A DNA stretch of 57,545 bases from Deltaproteobacteria bacterium (GTDB lineage: Bacteria > Myxococcota_A > UBA796 > SXON01). A model generated the notes under the pieces. That model ran no database searches, had not been told where the DNA came from, and saw nothing but the letters and a program-made list of their open reading frames with translations. Shown here in pieces: positions 32,429 through 41,678 of the stretch (its first letter is position 1; each line of letters opens with the position of its first letter). Location of the stretch: positions 1 through 57,545 of the forward strand of contig VGRE01000001.1 in NCBI GenBank assembly GCA_016875435.1, given 5' to 3'. The position numbers were made by a program, and so were the translations under genes.

Positions 32429-35176
32429 GTGAACCTCGAGCTGCTCGGTCGCCTAGCGCGCAGCGCGCGGTTCTTGCCGCGCGTGGAAGGGGCGGGTGCT
32501 TCTGCCGCGTTGGCGGCCCTGCCAGCGCTGGTCGACGGGCTGCCGGAACTGCGGCCAACGGGCGACGGCCGCGCGATGCCGCAGATTCCCGTGGCTTGTG
32601 GCGCCGTGCTGAACGGGGCCATCGAGCGCGCCCTGCGCGATGTCCTCGACGGGGCCCTCGCCGATCTTCCCCCCGTGCCTGCCGATGAGGAGGCCCGCAA
32701 GCTCGCGACCGACCCCGTGGTCGCGCTCCTTCGCCACCTGCTCCTGGAGGCCCACCCGGTGTCGCCGGGCGCCTGCGTGGTGATGGCGCTGGAGTACGCC
32801 CGGGTGTGCGCTAGCCAACTCGTCGACCCCGGCGCTTTGGTGGCCGAGCAGGTGAGGCAGTTCCGGGCGCTCCCGGCCGCGAAGCGCCACGTGGCGCACG
32901 CGCGCGTGGCCCATGCGATGCGAGCCCGCCTGTCGGTGGCCATCGTCGAGGAGGCCCGCGCGGGTCGTGCGCCCTCGGCGCTGCTGGCGGCGCTCGCCGC
33001 CAACCCCTTGCCCTACCTGTTTGGCCGGGGCGCCTTCGATGCGGAACTCGACCTCGGGCTGCTCCACGCGGTCGTGGGCGGAAGCGTGCCCTCGGAGCAG
33101 GTGGCCGCCGCGGTGGCTGCGCTGAGGCACGCGGTGGGCCTTGCCCTTGCCCGCCTGGCCACGCGGAAGGCCACGGCGGACGACCAGGCCCTGGCGCTGC
33201 GCGCCTGTGTCCCGCAGCTCGTCGAGCAGGGGCCTGCGGCAGCGGCCGACGTTCTCGCGGCCGACCCCGACACCTGGGCCTTCGTATTGCCGAACCTCGC
33301 CCGGTTCAGCGACCAGGAGCAGCTGGTGGCGGCGGGCCTGACCGCCGACCAGGCCAGGGCCCTGCTGCGTGTCGACGTTGCCATGGCGGTGGCCGCCTCG
33401 ATGCGCGCGACGCTGCTCGCGCTGCGCGCCTGGGACGTGCTCACCACGCTGACGACGGCCTTGGCCCCGGTGCGCGACGACGACCCCGTGGAGCGACGGC
33501 TCGTGGTCCCGCGGGGGCGCCCAGTCGAGGCCACGGTCGTGGCGGTGTTGCTGTCCGGCGCGCGGGCGATGGGTGACGGCACGTCCTTGCCGGACGCGGC
33601 GAGCACGGCCTGGGAGTCGTGGACGGCCTCGGCGGAGGGGGCCCTGCGCGTCGACCTTGGCGTCGTGGGGCTGGTCATCTTCGGAGACCCGGTGGTCGCC
33701 GCGCGCTTCGCCGCGTCGTTGCGCGACCGGGGGACGGGCACCATCCCCGTGCCGCCCATCTCGGTCGCGACGGGTCGCGTCACCGGAGGCACCGACGGCG
33801 GGACGGTGCGCGTGGGCGGACCGGCGGTGAGCGAGGCCATGCGACTGTTGCCCTCCGGGCCCCTGTCGGCACGACCCGAGGGCATGCACTCCCTCGCGCG
33901 GTTGGCGGTCTACGCTGGCCAGCTCTCTGGGGCGGGAGTTGTAGTTGATGTCGTGACGACAGAGGCGCTTCGGCGCAGCGGACTGCAACCGCACCCGTCG
34001 AAGCGGCGTCCTCGGGGGGTGGCCGTGCGCGAGGTGTGGGACAGCGAGGAGGGATTGCTCGTGCTCGTCGACATCCCGGCGCTCGAGGGGGGATTCGAGC
34101 TGGTGCGGGTGTCGCCGGCGGACTGGTCAGCGCTCCTCGACGCCCCTATCCCCGTGGAGCCGACGCTCGACCCGTCCGTGCCCCCTGCCAGCGAGCTTTC
34201 GCGTGCACAGAGCCGCCATCGCTGGGGCCCGTGCGCGCCCGAGGATGCAGCGGCGCCCCTGGCCTACGAGGGCGAGTCGGACGACGACTTGCCCAGCAAC
34301 CAGGACCAGTGCACCGCGACCAGTCTTGACGGGGGCTACGACGGCACTTGGGGGGCGAGGCCCACGCCGGGCACGGCCGCCACCCCCAGCGGCAGCGCCC
34401 CCGCGCCGCCGGCGCCTCCCTCGTCGCCGCCCCTCGCCCCGGCTGGCACCGACACCACCGCTCCGCCGGCATCTCCCGCGCCGCCGCCGCAGCGTGCCCG
34501 GCCGCGAGAGATCATCGTGCCCGAACTCTCGGAGGATCCCTTCGGGTTCGCCGTCGACGCGCCTCCGGCCATGGCCGATCCCTTCGGCGGAGGCGTGGCT
34601 TCCGACACCGCCGCCGGCGAAGGAGGTTTCAGCGACATCTTCGGCGTGCCCGCCGCGCCGGTCGACGCGCCGCAGCCCAAGCCAGGGCCACCGCCCACCA
34701 TGGCGCCGCCGATGCTCTCTGGCGACGATTTCAGCCTCACGGTCGAGGAGGACGAGGGCGACGAGCTGTCCTCGCCATTCCTCCGGGCCGACGGCCGGGA
34801 GGTGGCGGAAGAGCACGTCGCCTTCGCGCTGCCCGAGGGCGTGAGCGGTGGCGAGAACCGGGCCATCGAGGAACTCGCGCCGACGAAGGGCCCCAAGCTC
34901 GCGGCGGTCGACTTCGGCTTCGTGCTGAATGGCTACGCCTGCTACGTGCTGCACGAGCGAGTCGTCTTCGGCCGCCCCTACGGCACCCGGCTCATCGATC
35001 ATCATGCGTACGACACCGGCAGCAACCTCGATCGCGCCTACCAGATTTTCCTGCAGGACAAGATCCGAGAGGGCTTCATCCCGCAGACCGAGATGGTGGG
35101 TGACCTGCCCCGCGGCGTGACGGTCATGCCGCTGGAGCCCGAGCGGTTAGCGGCAGCGTGGAGGGCCTTGACCTGA
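32429..35176 (+). CDS. large hypothetical protein (915 aa) with Ala-rich N-region, Pro-rich linkers and a WGR-like C-terminal domain
   Basis: Consistent GC3 over 2.7 kb. The C-terminus YACYVLHERVVFGRPYGTRLIDHHAYDTGSNLDRAYQIFLQDKIREGF loosely resembles WGR domains. The middle part VGLVIFGDPVVAARFAASL is weakly cyclase-like. Confidence 0.6.
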   Translation: MNLELLGRLARSARFLPRVEGAGASAALAALPALVDGLPELRPTGDGRAMPQIPVACGAVLNGAIERALRDVLDGALADLPPVPADEEARKLATDPVVALLRHLLLEAHPVSPGACVVMALEYARVCASQLVDPGALVAEQVRQFRALPAAKRHVAHARVAHAMRARLSVAIVEEARAGRAPSALLAALAANPLPYLFGRGAFDAELDLGLLHAVVGGSVPSEQVAAAVAALRHAVGLALARLATRKATADDQALALRACVPQLVEQGPAAAADVLAADPDTWAFVLPNLARFSDQEQLVAAGLTADQARALLRVDVAMAVAASMRATLLALRAWDVLTTLTTALAPVRDDDPVERRLVVPRGRPVEATVVAVLLSGARAMGDGTSLPDAASTAWESWTASAEGALRVDLGVVGLVIFGDPVVAARFAASLRDRGTGTIPVPPISVATGRVTGGTDGGTVRVGGPAVSEAMRLLPSGPLSARPEGMHSLARLAVYAGQLSGAGVVVDVVTTEALRRSGLQPHPSKRRPRGVAVREVWDSEEGLLVLVDIPALEGGFELVRVSPADWSALLDAPIPVEPTLDPSVPPASELSRAQSRHRWGPCAPEDAAAPLAYEGESDDDLPSNQDQCTATSLDGGYDGTWGARPTPGTAATPSGSAPAPPAPPSSPPLAPAGTDTTAPPASPAPPPQRARPREIIVPELSEDPFGFAVDAPPAMADPFGGGVASDTAAGEGGFSDIFGVPAAPVDAPQPKPGPPPTMAPPMLSGDDFSLTVEEDEGDELSSPFLRADGREVAEEHVAFALPEGVSGGENRAIEELAPTKGPKLAAVDFGFVLNGYACYVLHERVVFGRPYGTRLIDHHAYDTGSNLDRAYQIFLQDKIREGFIPQTEMVGDLPRGVTVMPLEPERLAAAWRALT

Positions 35177-35841
35177 TCATCCTGGCCGCCATCGCCATCG
35201 CCGCCAGCGTGGAGCTCGGCGCGACCGCGGGGGTGGCCGCCGATTTTGCCGACGAACCCCCTGCTGGCGACGGCCACGCGCGGTTCGGCCCCGCGGGCAC
35301 CCTGCGCACGCGGCTCGAGGTGGTTTTCGGCGCCGCCGCGCTCCGCGTCCAGGTTGCGGGCTTGACCGGTCCCGGTCGTGACACCGTGTACTGGTGGGAG
35401 GACGGGTGGCGGTCCAGCACCGATCACTGGACCTGGCTCGGCGGGGTGACGATCGGCGCGGGACCGATGGTGCGGATACCGCTTTCCCAGTCGGTGCAGG
35501 TCGGGGGTGGAGCCACGGCCGGCTTGATGGGCATCGGCGCTTTCCACGACTTCGGTGGCGAGACGCAGTACCTGCTCGACCCGGCCCAGAACGATCTCGA
35601 CGACCCGGGCAACGTCGACCCCTACACGTTCCAGGCCGTGCCGAGCGCGGAGATGGTGGCTGCGCTTCGCCTCGGCCGTGGGCTGGCCGCGGAACTGGAG
35701 CTGGGGTATACGCTCGCCCTCGTCCCGGCGGCCGATCTTTCGGGGACCCCCCCCGAGTCGTCGGCGAGGCGGACGGCGTTCGCGCTGGGCGCCGTCTTCA
35801 TCGCCTTCGGCGTGTCGGCGCCTGTCGCGCCAGGAAACTAG
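35158..35841 (+). CDS. hypothetical protein, Gly-rich, beta-rich
   Basis: GTG at 35158 overlaps the upstream gene by 19 nt. N-terminal hydrophobic segment. No family recognised. Confidence 0.5.
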   Translation: MEGLDLIILAAIAIAASVELGATAGVAADFADEPPAGDGHARFGPAGTLRTRLEVVFGAAALRVQVAGLTGPGRDTVYWWEDGWRSSTDHWTWLGGVTIGAGPMVRIPLSQSVQVGGGATAGLMGIGAFHDFGGETQYLLDPAQNDLDDPGNVDPYTFQAVPSAEMVAALRLGRGLAAELELGYTLALVPAADLSGTPPESSARRTAFALGAVFIAFGVSAPVAPGN

Positions 35842-35843
35842 CC

Positions 35844-36362
35844 ATGAAGCTGTACCGCGCCCGCATCCCCGCCATCGCCCACGCGGTGATCGAGCGGCTC
35901 TCCAACGAGGGCGACATCGAGGTCGATGCCGCCGACCGCGAGGAAGCCGCGAGTGACCTCGTCGCCATCATGGACTCGTACCTTCGTCGCGACAATGATC
36001 TGCGCGAAGCGGTCCGCGAGTTGATGGAGCGGAAGAACATTCCGTACGACCAGTACGGCAAGGTGAAGGGCGAGGTTGCCGACGGCTGGGGTCACCCCAC
36101 GGGCGACGACGTGGACCGTTATCTCGCGCGCCAGTTCATCGAGAACTTCATGATCTCGAAGTTCGTCGGCGAGGTTTTCACTGACGATCGCGAGCTCTTC
36201 AAGAAGATCATCGACACCATCAAGCCCTTTGACGTCGACGAGCGCGCTCTGCGCGCCGAGGCTGAGGAGCGCATCAAGAACGTGCGCGAGGGCAGCGTGG
36301 AGCGGCAGGAAGCGCTGAGCCGGGCGCTCAAGGAAGTCCGCAAACGGCATGGGCTCCTGTAG
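35844..36362 (+). CDS. DUF507-like conserved hypothetical protein
   Basis: ATG at 35844, immediately after the upstream stop. MKLYRARIPAIAHAVIERLSNEGDIEV and FMISKFVGEVFTDDRELFKKI recall the DUF507 family; this is from memory. Confidence 0.55.
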   Translation: MKLYRARIPAIAHAVIERLSNEGDIEVDAADREEAASDLVAIMDSYLRRDNDLREAVRELMERKNIPYDQYGKVKGEVADGWGHPTGDDVDRYLARQFIENFMISKFVGEVFTDDRELFKKIIDTIKPFDVDERALRAEAEERIKNVREGSVERQEALSRALKEVRKRHGLL

Positions 36363-36364
36363 GT

Positions 36365-36494
36365 GAGGGGGGGGACCGCAGGGCGGTTTCCCCCCACTAC
36401 CGCCCGCGTCCCTCCGCGCGCCGACCTTCGGCCTCTGCGCTCCGGCGTTTGACGTGCTCGTAGCGCGGCAAGCGGCGGGCTCTCCTCCCCTTCC
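36365..36494 (+). repeat. intergenic repeat, copy B (related to 16077-16198)
   Basis: Contains the G-run/C-run hairpin plus GGCGTTTGACGTGCTCGTAGCGCGGCAAGCGGCGGGCTCTCCTCCCCTTCC. It is collinear with copy A. Confidence 0.5.
36369..36395 (+). terminator. GC-rich stem-loop after the DUF507-like gene
   Basis: GGGGGGACCGC-AGG-GCGGT(TT)CCCCCC begins 7 nt after the stop. It has the same architecture as the hairpin after the tRNA. Confidence 0.5.
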
Positions 36495-36589
36495 ATTGCA
36501 TGCTTTCGCTTACGACGCGGGTGGGGCGGTCGTCGCGGGGGGCGGATCGTCGTGACCCTGACCCGGGGGCACTCCCTCCTCCCTCCTCC

Positions 36590-37531
36590 CTAGGGCAGGT
36601 ACCCGACGGGATCGACCGACTCGCCGTCGACGATCAGGTCGAAGTGGAGGTGCGGGCCGGTGCTCATGCCCGAGTTGCCCGAGTAGGCGATGAGCTGGCC
36701 GGCGAGCACTTCCTCGCCCTCGTCGACCACCAGCACGGCGTTGTGGCCGTAGCGGGTGTACACCCCCTCGCCATGGTCGATGATCACCTGCCGGCCGCTG
36801 CCGCCGCTCCAGTCGGCCGTCACCACCGTGCCATCAGATGTCGCGACAACAGGTGTATAGTAAGGAACGCCGATGTCGATGCCGCTGTGCATCGTCCAGC
36901 GGCCCCCGAAGGGGGACCTGCGGTAACCCCACTCGCTGGTCAGCGTGCCGCCCTCGACTGGCCACAACTGCGGGAGGGCGCCTCCCCGGCGCTGCAGCAG
37001 GAGCGCGTCGTCCTCGAGCGCGTCGAGCCGGGACACCACGTCGTCGAGGTCGAGCGCGATCTCCTCGCTCCGCTCGACGATCGCCAGGGCGAGGTCGGCG
37101 GGCTCGCCCCCGGGCCACTCCAGCGTCGCCGGGACGGCCTCGCCCGCGAGCCACGCCTCGTAGGCCTCCATCTCGCGGGCATCGAGCGGCCCGGCCCCGG
37201 GCAGGCGTCCCTCGCGCGCGAGGGCGCGCACCTGGTCGTCGAAGGCCTCTACCCGCCCAGCCAGTCCTTCCATGTGGGCCAGCCTTGCCTCGGTTGACTC
37301 GAGGCCCGTGCGCAAGCGAGCGTTCTCGGCGAGGAGCCGCCGCGCCTGGGCAGCCTTTGGCAAGGCCCAGCCTGCTGCCACCAGCAGCACGAGCAGCGCG
37401 GTGCTGGCCACGATGGCCACGCGCGCGCCGAACTGGACCGCGCGCGCGCTCACCTCCACCTGCCGCACCTGCCCGTTGGCCCCGCGCGGCACGATCAGGA
37501 TGGTGAAGCCGCGCTTGGACTGCTTCTGCAT
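36590..37531 (-). CDS. M23 family metallopeptidase with N-terminal TM and coiled-coil
   Basis: HSGIDIGVP ... GNSGMSTGPHLHFDLIVDG are the LytM/M23 active-site motifs. Confidence 0.85.
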   Translation of the reverse strand: MQKQSKRGFTILIVPRGANGQVRQVEVSARAVQFGARVAIVASTALLVLLVAAGWALPKAAQARRLLAENARLRTGLESTEARLAHMEGLAGRVEAFDDQVRALAREGRLPGAGPLDAREMEAYEAWLAGEAVPATLEWPGGEPADLALAIVERSEEIALDLDDVVSRLDALEDDALLLQRRGGALPQLWPVEGGTLTSEWGYRRSPFGGRWTMHSGIDIGVPYYTPVVATSDGTVVTADWSGGSGRQVIIDHGEGVYTRYGHNAVLVVDEGEEVLAGQLIAYSGNSGMSTGPHLHFDLIVDGESVDPVGYLP

Positions 37532-37554
37532 GCCTCGCGAGTAACCGGCGGTGG

Positions 37555-38433
37555 CTACTCGAGTTCTGCGTTGGCGTTCGCCAGCAACGGCTTGAGGCGT
37601 TCCATGATGCGCGTGTGCAACTGGCTGACCCGGCTCTCGGTCACGCCCAGCAGTTGGCCGATTTCCTTGAAGCCCAGCTCCTTGAAGTAGTACAGATCCA
37701 CGATCATCCGGTCGCGCTCGGGCAGTTGTCCCACGATGGCGCGCACGCGGGCTCGGAAATCGTTGACCTCGAGGATTTCGCCGGGCGTCTCGCCCTCGTG
37801 GGCGATGGTGTCGCCGAGCGTGTGGTCGTCGTCGATGCCCTCTTCCATGCTCACGACGTTGTGAATCAGGCTGTTGTCCTGCAGGTCCTGCAGGCGTGCA
37901 GGGCTCACCCCGAGCGCGGTCGCCAGCTCCGCCTCGGTGGGCTCTCGGCCGAGGTCGCGGGTGAGCCGATCCTTCTCGGTGCGGAGCCGTTCGCCGCGAT
38001 CGCGCACCGACCGCGGCACCCAGTCCATCTTGCGCATCTCGTCGACGATCGCGCCTTGGACGCGGATGCGCGCGTAGCCGGAGAAGCTGATGCTTCGGTC
38101 CTCCTCGAAGCGGTCGACGGCTTCCAAGAGCCCCAGCGTTCCCATGTGGATCAGGTCGCCCACGTCGATACAGCTCGGGTAGCGGCTGGCGAGGCGGTAG
38201 GCCACGCGGCGCACCATGTTGAGATGGTCCTCGATGAGCTTGCGCCGCACCTCGGGGTCGAGCCGCTCCCTGCGTGTGGGTCGCTCCTCGTCGATGAAAT
38301 CGAGCGGGCGTTGTGCGGCTTGCGCCTTCTGGACCAGAGCCATGTGGTGTTCCTCTTTGCTCGGTCGCCCGCGTCGGGGCGCCACTCCAGTCAACGGCGA
38401 GGCGCGACCGGTCTTGAGGCTTTCTTGCGACAT
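37555..38433 (-). CDS. RNA polymerase sigma factor, FliA/WhiG (sigma-28) subfamily
   Basis: Region 2 is DLIHMGTLGLLEAVDRFEEDRSISFSGYARIRVQGAIVDEMR. Region 4 is LYYFKELGFKEIGQLLGVTESRVSQLHTR. Confidence 0.85.
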   Translation of the reverse strand: MSQESLKTGRASPLTGVAPRRGRPSKEEHHMALVQKAQAAQRPLDFIDEERPTRRERLDPEVRRKLIEDHLNMVRRVAYRLASRYPSCIDVGDLIHMGTLGLLEAVDRFEEDRSISFSGYARIRVQGAIVDEMRKMDWVPRSVRDRGERLRTEKDRLTRDLGREPTEAELATALGVSPARLQDLQDNSLIHNVVSMEEGIDDDHTLGDTIAHEGETPGEILEVNDFRARVRAIVGQLPERDRMIVDLYYFKELGFKEIGQLLGVTESRVSQLHTRIMERLKPLLANANAELE

Positions 38434-38487
38434 GTGTCTTGCAAATAAATGACGTAGTACCTGCTATCGGTCAGGGCCCGTCGTTGT

Positions 38488-39714
38488 TTAGCCCCCGGCA
38501 TCTTCGTCGCGAGTGATCTCATGGGCGTCCTCGAGTTGTGGCAGGATCTGGTCGCGCAATGCGAAGAACGCGGGCTTCTCGGACTCGGGGAGCGGCTTGG
38601 TCACCGGGACGATCTGCTTCATGGGGTCCTTGTGAACGCCGTTGACCATGAACTCGTAGTGCAGGTGCGGCCCGGTGGACATGCCCGTGCTGCCGACGCG
38701 CCCGATGAGCTGCCCCTGGCGCACCTTCTCGCTGCGTTTGACCCCGATCGAGGACAGGTGGGAGTAGCCGGTGGTGTAGCCGCCCTCGTGCCGCACCTCG
38801 ATGTGGTTGCCGTGGCCCCCCGCCCAGCCCGCCTTGGTGACGACGCCGTCGGCCACCGATCGGATGGGGGTGCCCGTGGGCGCAGCGAGATCGACGCCCT
38901 TGTGCGCGCGCATGGTGCCGAGGATCGGGTGACGTCGACCCGACGAGAAGCCTGAGGTCACCCGCGAGAACTCGATGGGTGACCGGAGGAAGGCCTTGCG
39001 GCGGGCGCTGCCGTCCGCGGCGTACCAGCTCACCTCGCCGTCGGCGCTGCGGTAACGGATGGCCGTGAAGCTCTTACCGCCGTTGTCGAGGATAGCGGCG
39101 CGGATATCCCCAACGCGCTGCTGGCCGTCGTCGTCAGTCAGCCGGTCGAGGACAAGCCGGAACCGTGCCCCCGCGACGAGTTCGGTGTTGAAGTCCACGT
39201 CGTACTCGAAGATCTTCGCCAGGTTGATCACCTGCGAAGGCGAGAAGCCCACGCTGGTGGCTGCCTCCCACAGCGACGAGGTGACGGTGACCGCCGCCGC
39301 CATTTCCTCCACGACGTAGGGCACCGGCACCTGCCGCGCCTTGTACTTGTCGCCCGTGCGTGCAATCTCGAAGGTGAAGGCGGGGTCGTGGTGAAGGCGC
39401 AGGCGGAAGGGTTGGCTATCCCCCTCGCGCCAGTCGATCAGGATCTCGTCGCCGATCGAGAGGCGGTCGAGGCCGTTTCCCGCGGCGGTGAGCATGGCTG
39501 CCGGCGCGCCCATGGCGCGGAGGATGCTCCCGGCGGTGTCGCCCTCGCGCACCTCGTGCCGCTCGGTGCGAAGCAACGGTGGCGGTGCGGCGAGGTCGGC
39601 GGTCACCGAGGCCATCGGGGGTTGCGCCACGGGCCGCGGCGCGGCCGCGACGTAGGCAGCGAAGCTCAACAGTCCGAGCACCACCGACGTCACGGCGACC
39701 CGCGAGAGCCTCAT
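38488..39714 (-). CDS. M23 family metallopeptidase (OapA/LysM-like N-domain)
   Basis: ATG at 39714 overlaps the kinase stop (ATGA). HKGVDLAAPTGTPI ... GSTGMSTGPHLHYEFMVNG. Confidence 0.85.
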   Translation of the reverse strand: MRLSRVAVTSVVLGLLSFAAYVAAAPRPVAQPPMASVTADLAAPPPLLRTERHEVREGDTAGSILRAMGAPAAMLTAAGNGLDRLSIGDEILIDWREGDSQPFRLRLHHDPAFTFEIARTGDKYKARQVPVPYVVEEMAAAVTVTSSLWEAATSVGFSPSQVINLAKIFEYDVDFNTELVAGARFRLVLDRLTDDDGQQRVGDIRAAILDNGGKSFTAIRYRSADGEVSWYAADGSARRKAFLRSPIEFSRVTSGFSSGRRHPILGTMRAHKGVDLAAPTGTPIRSVADGVVTKAGWAGGHGNHIEVRHEGGYTTGYSHLSSIGVKRSEKVRQGQLIGRVGSTGMSTGPHLHYEFMVNGVHKDPMKQIVPVTKPLPESEKPAFFALRDQILPQLEDAHEITRDEDAGG

Positions 39715-41114
39715 TTTCGTCCCCCAACGAACCAGACGACCAACACCACCGCGATGAGGAACATGCCCACCAGCGCCCCGGCGGCCAGGCCCTGCACCAC
39801 GATCCACAGCGCGTTGCTGCGCTTCTTCTGGGGCGGCGGGGCGGGTCGCGACACGAGGTTCACCGGGCGCGAAGGCTCCGGCGGAGGCGCGGCCCGGGCC
39901 CTGGGAGACGGCGCCGGCGCCGGGATGACGCTGCGCACCGGTCCCGGCGGCGGCGCTGGCCGCGAGGTCTGGTCGAGGAAGGCGGGGCGCTCGACGTTGA
40001 GCATCGTGGCCTCCTGTGGCAGCGGGTCGAGCCCGCGCGGCGGCGAGGGCGACCCCGACGCCGACCGTGACGCGAGCGTGGGGGCGTTGCCCTGCCAGCG
40101 CGGCGGCCCCTGGGGCACTGCCGACGACGCGCCCGCCAGCGACGGCACGGCCTCGTCACCATCGCCATCGCCATCGGCGATCGACACGGCCTGGCCCACC
40201 AGCCCGGCACCGTCGCGCGCGTCGCGACGGGCGGCCTCCATCGCCGTCGGCACCGCCGCCGCGGCCCAGGAGCGTAGGCCCGTGCCGCGGAGGAGGTCGG
40301 CGGCGGCGATCAGTTGCCGCTCAACCGTGGCGCCATCGGGCCGGTCTTGCGGCTTCCACGCCATCATCTGCCGGAGCACCGGCACGAGCTGGGCATGAGT
40401 CCCCGAGATCTGGCCGAGCCGCTCGTCGAGCCGCTTCTGGTGCACGTCTTCCCTGAGCTTGGGCTGCCCGAATACATCGCCAGCGGCCGCCTCCCAGAGC
40501 GTCAGCGCCAGGCCGAAGATGTCGGCTGCGGGGCTCACCTCGCCGGTGATGATGTACTCGGGCGCCATGTAGTTGAGCGTGCCCAGGACGAACTGCCCGG
40601 TGCGGCTCTCGCGCGCGGCGAAGCGCGCCTGTGCCACGCCGAAGTCGAGCAGCCTCACGCCGCCCTTGTCGGTGACCATCACGTTGGCCGGCTTCACGTC
40701 GCGATGCACGACGTTGAGCGCCTCGCCGGTAGACGGGTGCCGCGCGGTGTGGGCGGTGTGCAGCGCTCCTGCCACGGTGGCGCCGAGTTCCGCGAGCGCG
40801 CGGGGTGGCGGCCGCTCAGACTTGGCGATCAGCGCGTCGAGATCAATCCCCTCGACGTATTCCATCAGTACCGCATCGCGACCTGCTACGCGCACGAGCT
40901 CCAGCACCTTGAGGATGTGCTCGTCTTGCAGCAGGCCCAGGAGGCGCGCCTCGTCGCGGACGCGCGACACGAACATCTCGCCATCGGGGTGGTTCTCGGC
41001 GAGCACCTTCACCGCCACCGGGCGCCGGAAGCCACGCGAGCCGACCAACTCGGCGAGGTAAACCGTGCCGAAGGCTCCGGACCCCACTACTCGCGAGAAC
41101 ATCAACCGTCGCAC
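39711..41114 (-). CDS. Ser/Thr protein kinase with Pro-rich linker and C-terminal TM anchor
   Basis: GSGAFGTVYLA, VAVKVL, HRDVKPANVMV, DFGVA and the APE motif. The tail ends in a hydrophobic helix. Confidence 0.9.
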   Translation of the reverse strand: MRRLMFSRVVGSGAFGTVYLAELVGSRGFRRPVAVKVLAENHPDGEMFVSRVRDEARLLGLLQDEHILKVLELVRVAGRDAVLMEYVEGIDLDALIAKSERPPPRALAELGATVAGALHTAHTARHPSTGEALNVVHRDVKPANVMVTDKGGVRLLDFGVAQARFAARESRTGQFVLGTLNYMAPEYIITGEVSPAADIFGLALTLWEAAAGDVFGQPKLREDVHQKRLDERLGQISGTHAQLVPVLRQMMAWKPQDRPDGATVERQLIAAADLLRGTGLRSWAAAAVPTAMEAARRDARDGAGLVGQAVSIADGDGDGDEAVPSLAGASSAVPQGPPRWQGNAPTLASRSASGSPSPPRGLDPLPQEATMLNVERPAFLDQTSRPAPPPGPVRSVIPAPAPSPRARAAPPPEPSRPVNLVSRPAPPPQKKRSNALWIVVQGLAAGALVGMFLIAVVLVVWFVGGRK

Positions 41115-41150
41115 GGCACTCCCTTTAGTCGGGTGGCCGTGACTTCGCTT

Positions 41151-41678
41151 CTACTCGTTTACCGGCGTCATCCAGAGGGTCTGGGCCGACACCCCGAGAC
41201 GCTGGAGCGCCCGGTCGTAGCGGTCGCCCAGCGGGCACTCGAACAGCAGGTCGGGCGTGGCCTCGACGTACACCCAGGAGCCTTCCTCCAACTCGCGGTC
41301 GAGCTGCCCCGGGCCCCAGCCCGCGTAGCCCAGGCAGAGCGCAAACTCGGAACTCGCCGCAATCAGGGCGGCTAGGCGCTCTCGGGAGGGGGAGATGCCG
41401 ATCCCCGAGACCGTCCATCCCTCGCGACACACCCCGCGGTAGAGCACGAAGCCGCTTCCTCGCTCCACTGGGCCGCCCCACAGCGCGGGCGACAGGAGGG
41501 GACCACTTTTCCCCGGCAGGTCGAGGTGGCTCGCCACGTCGCCGATCTTGACCGGCGCCTCGCGGTTCACCACCAGCCCCAGCGCACCCTGCGAAGAGTG
41601 CTGCACCAGCAGCACCACCGCGCCCCCGAAGTTCGGGTCCCGCATCTGGGGGCTGGCGACGAGGAGCCCGGGTTCCAT
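41151..41678 (-). CDS. YqgE/AlgH family protein (UPF0301)
   Basis: LLVASPQMRDPNFGGAVVLLVQHSSQGALGLVVN and GYAGWGPGQLDRELEEGSW are the family signatures. Confidence 0.8.
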   Translation of the reverse strand: MEPGLLVASPQMRDPNFGGAVVLLVQHSSQGALGLVVNREAPVKIGDVASHLDLPGKSGPLLSPALWGGPVERGSGFVLYRGVCREGWTVSGIGISPSRERLAALIAASSEFALCLGYAGWGPGQLDRELEEGSWVYVEATPDLLFECPLGDRYDRALQRLGVSAQTLWMTPVNE

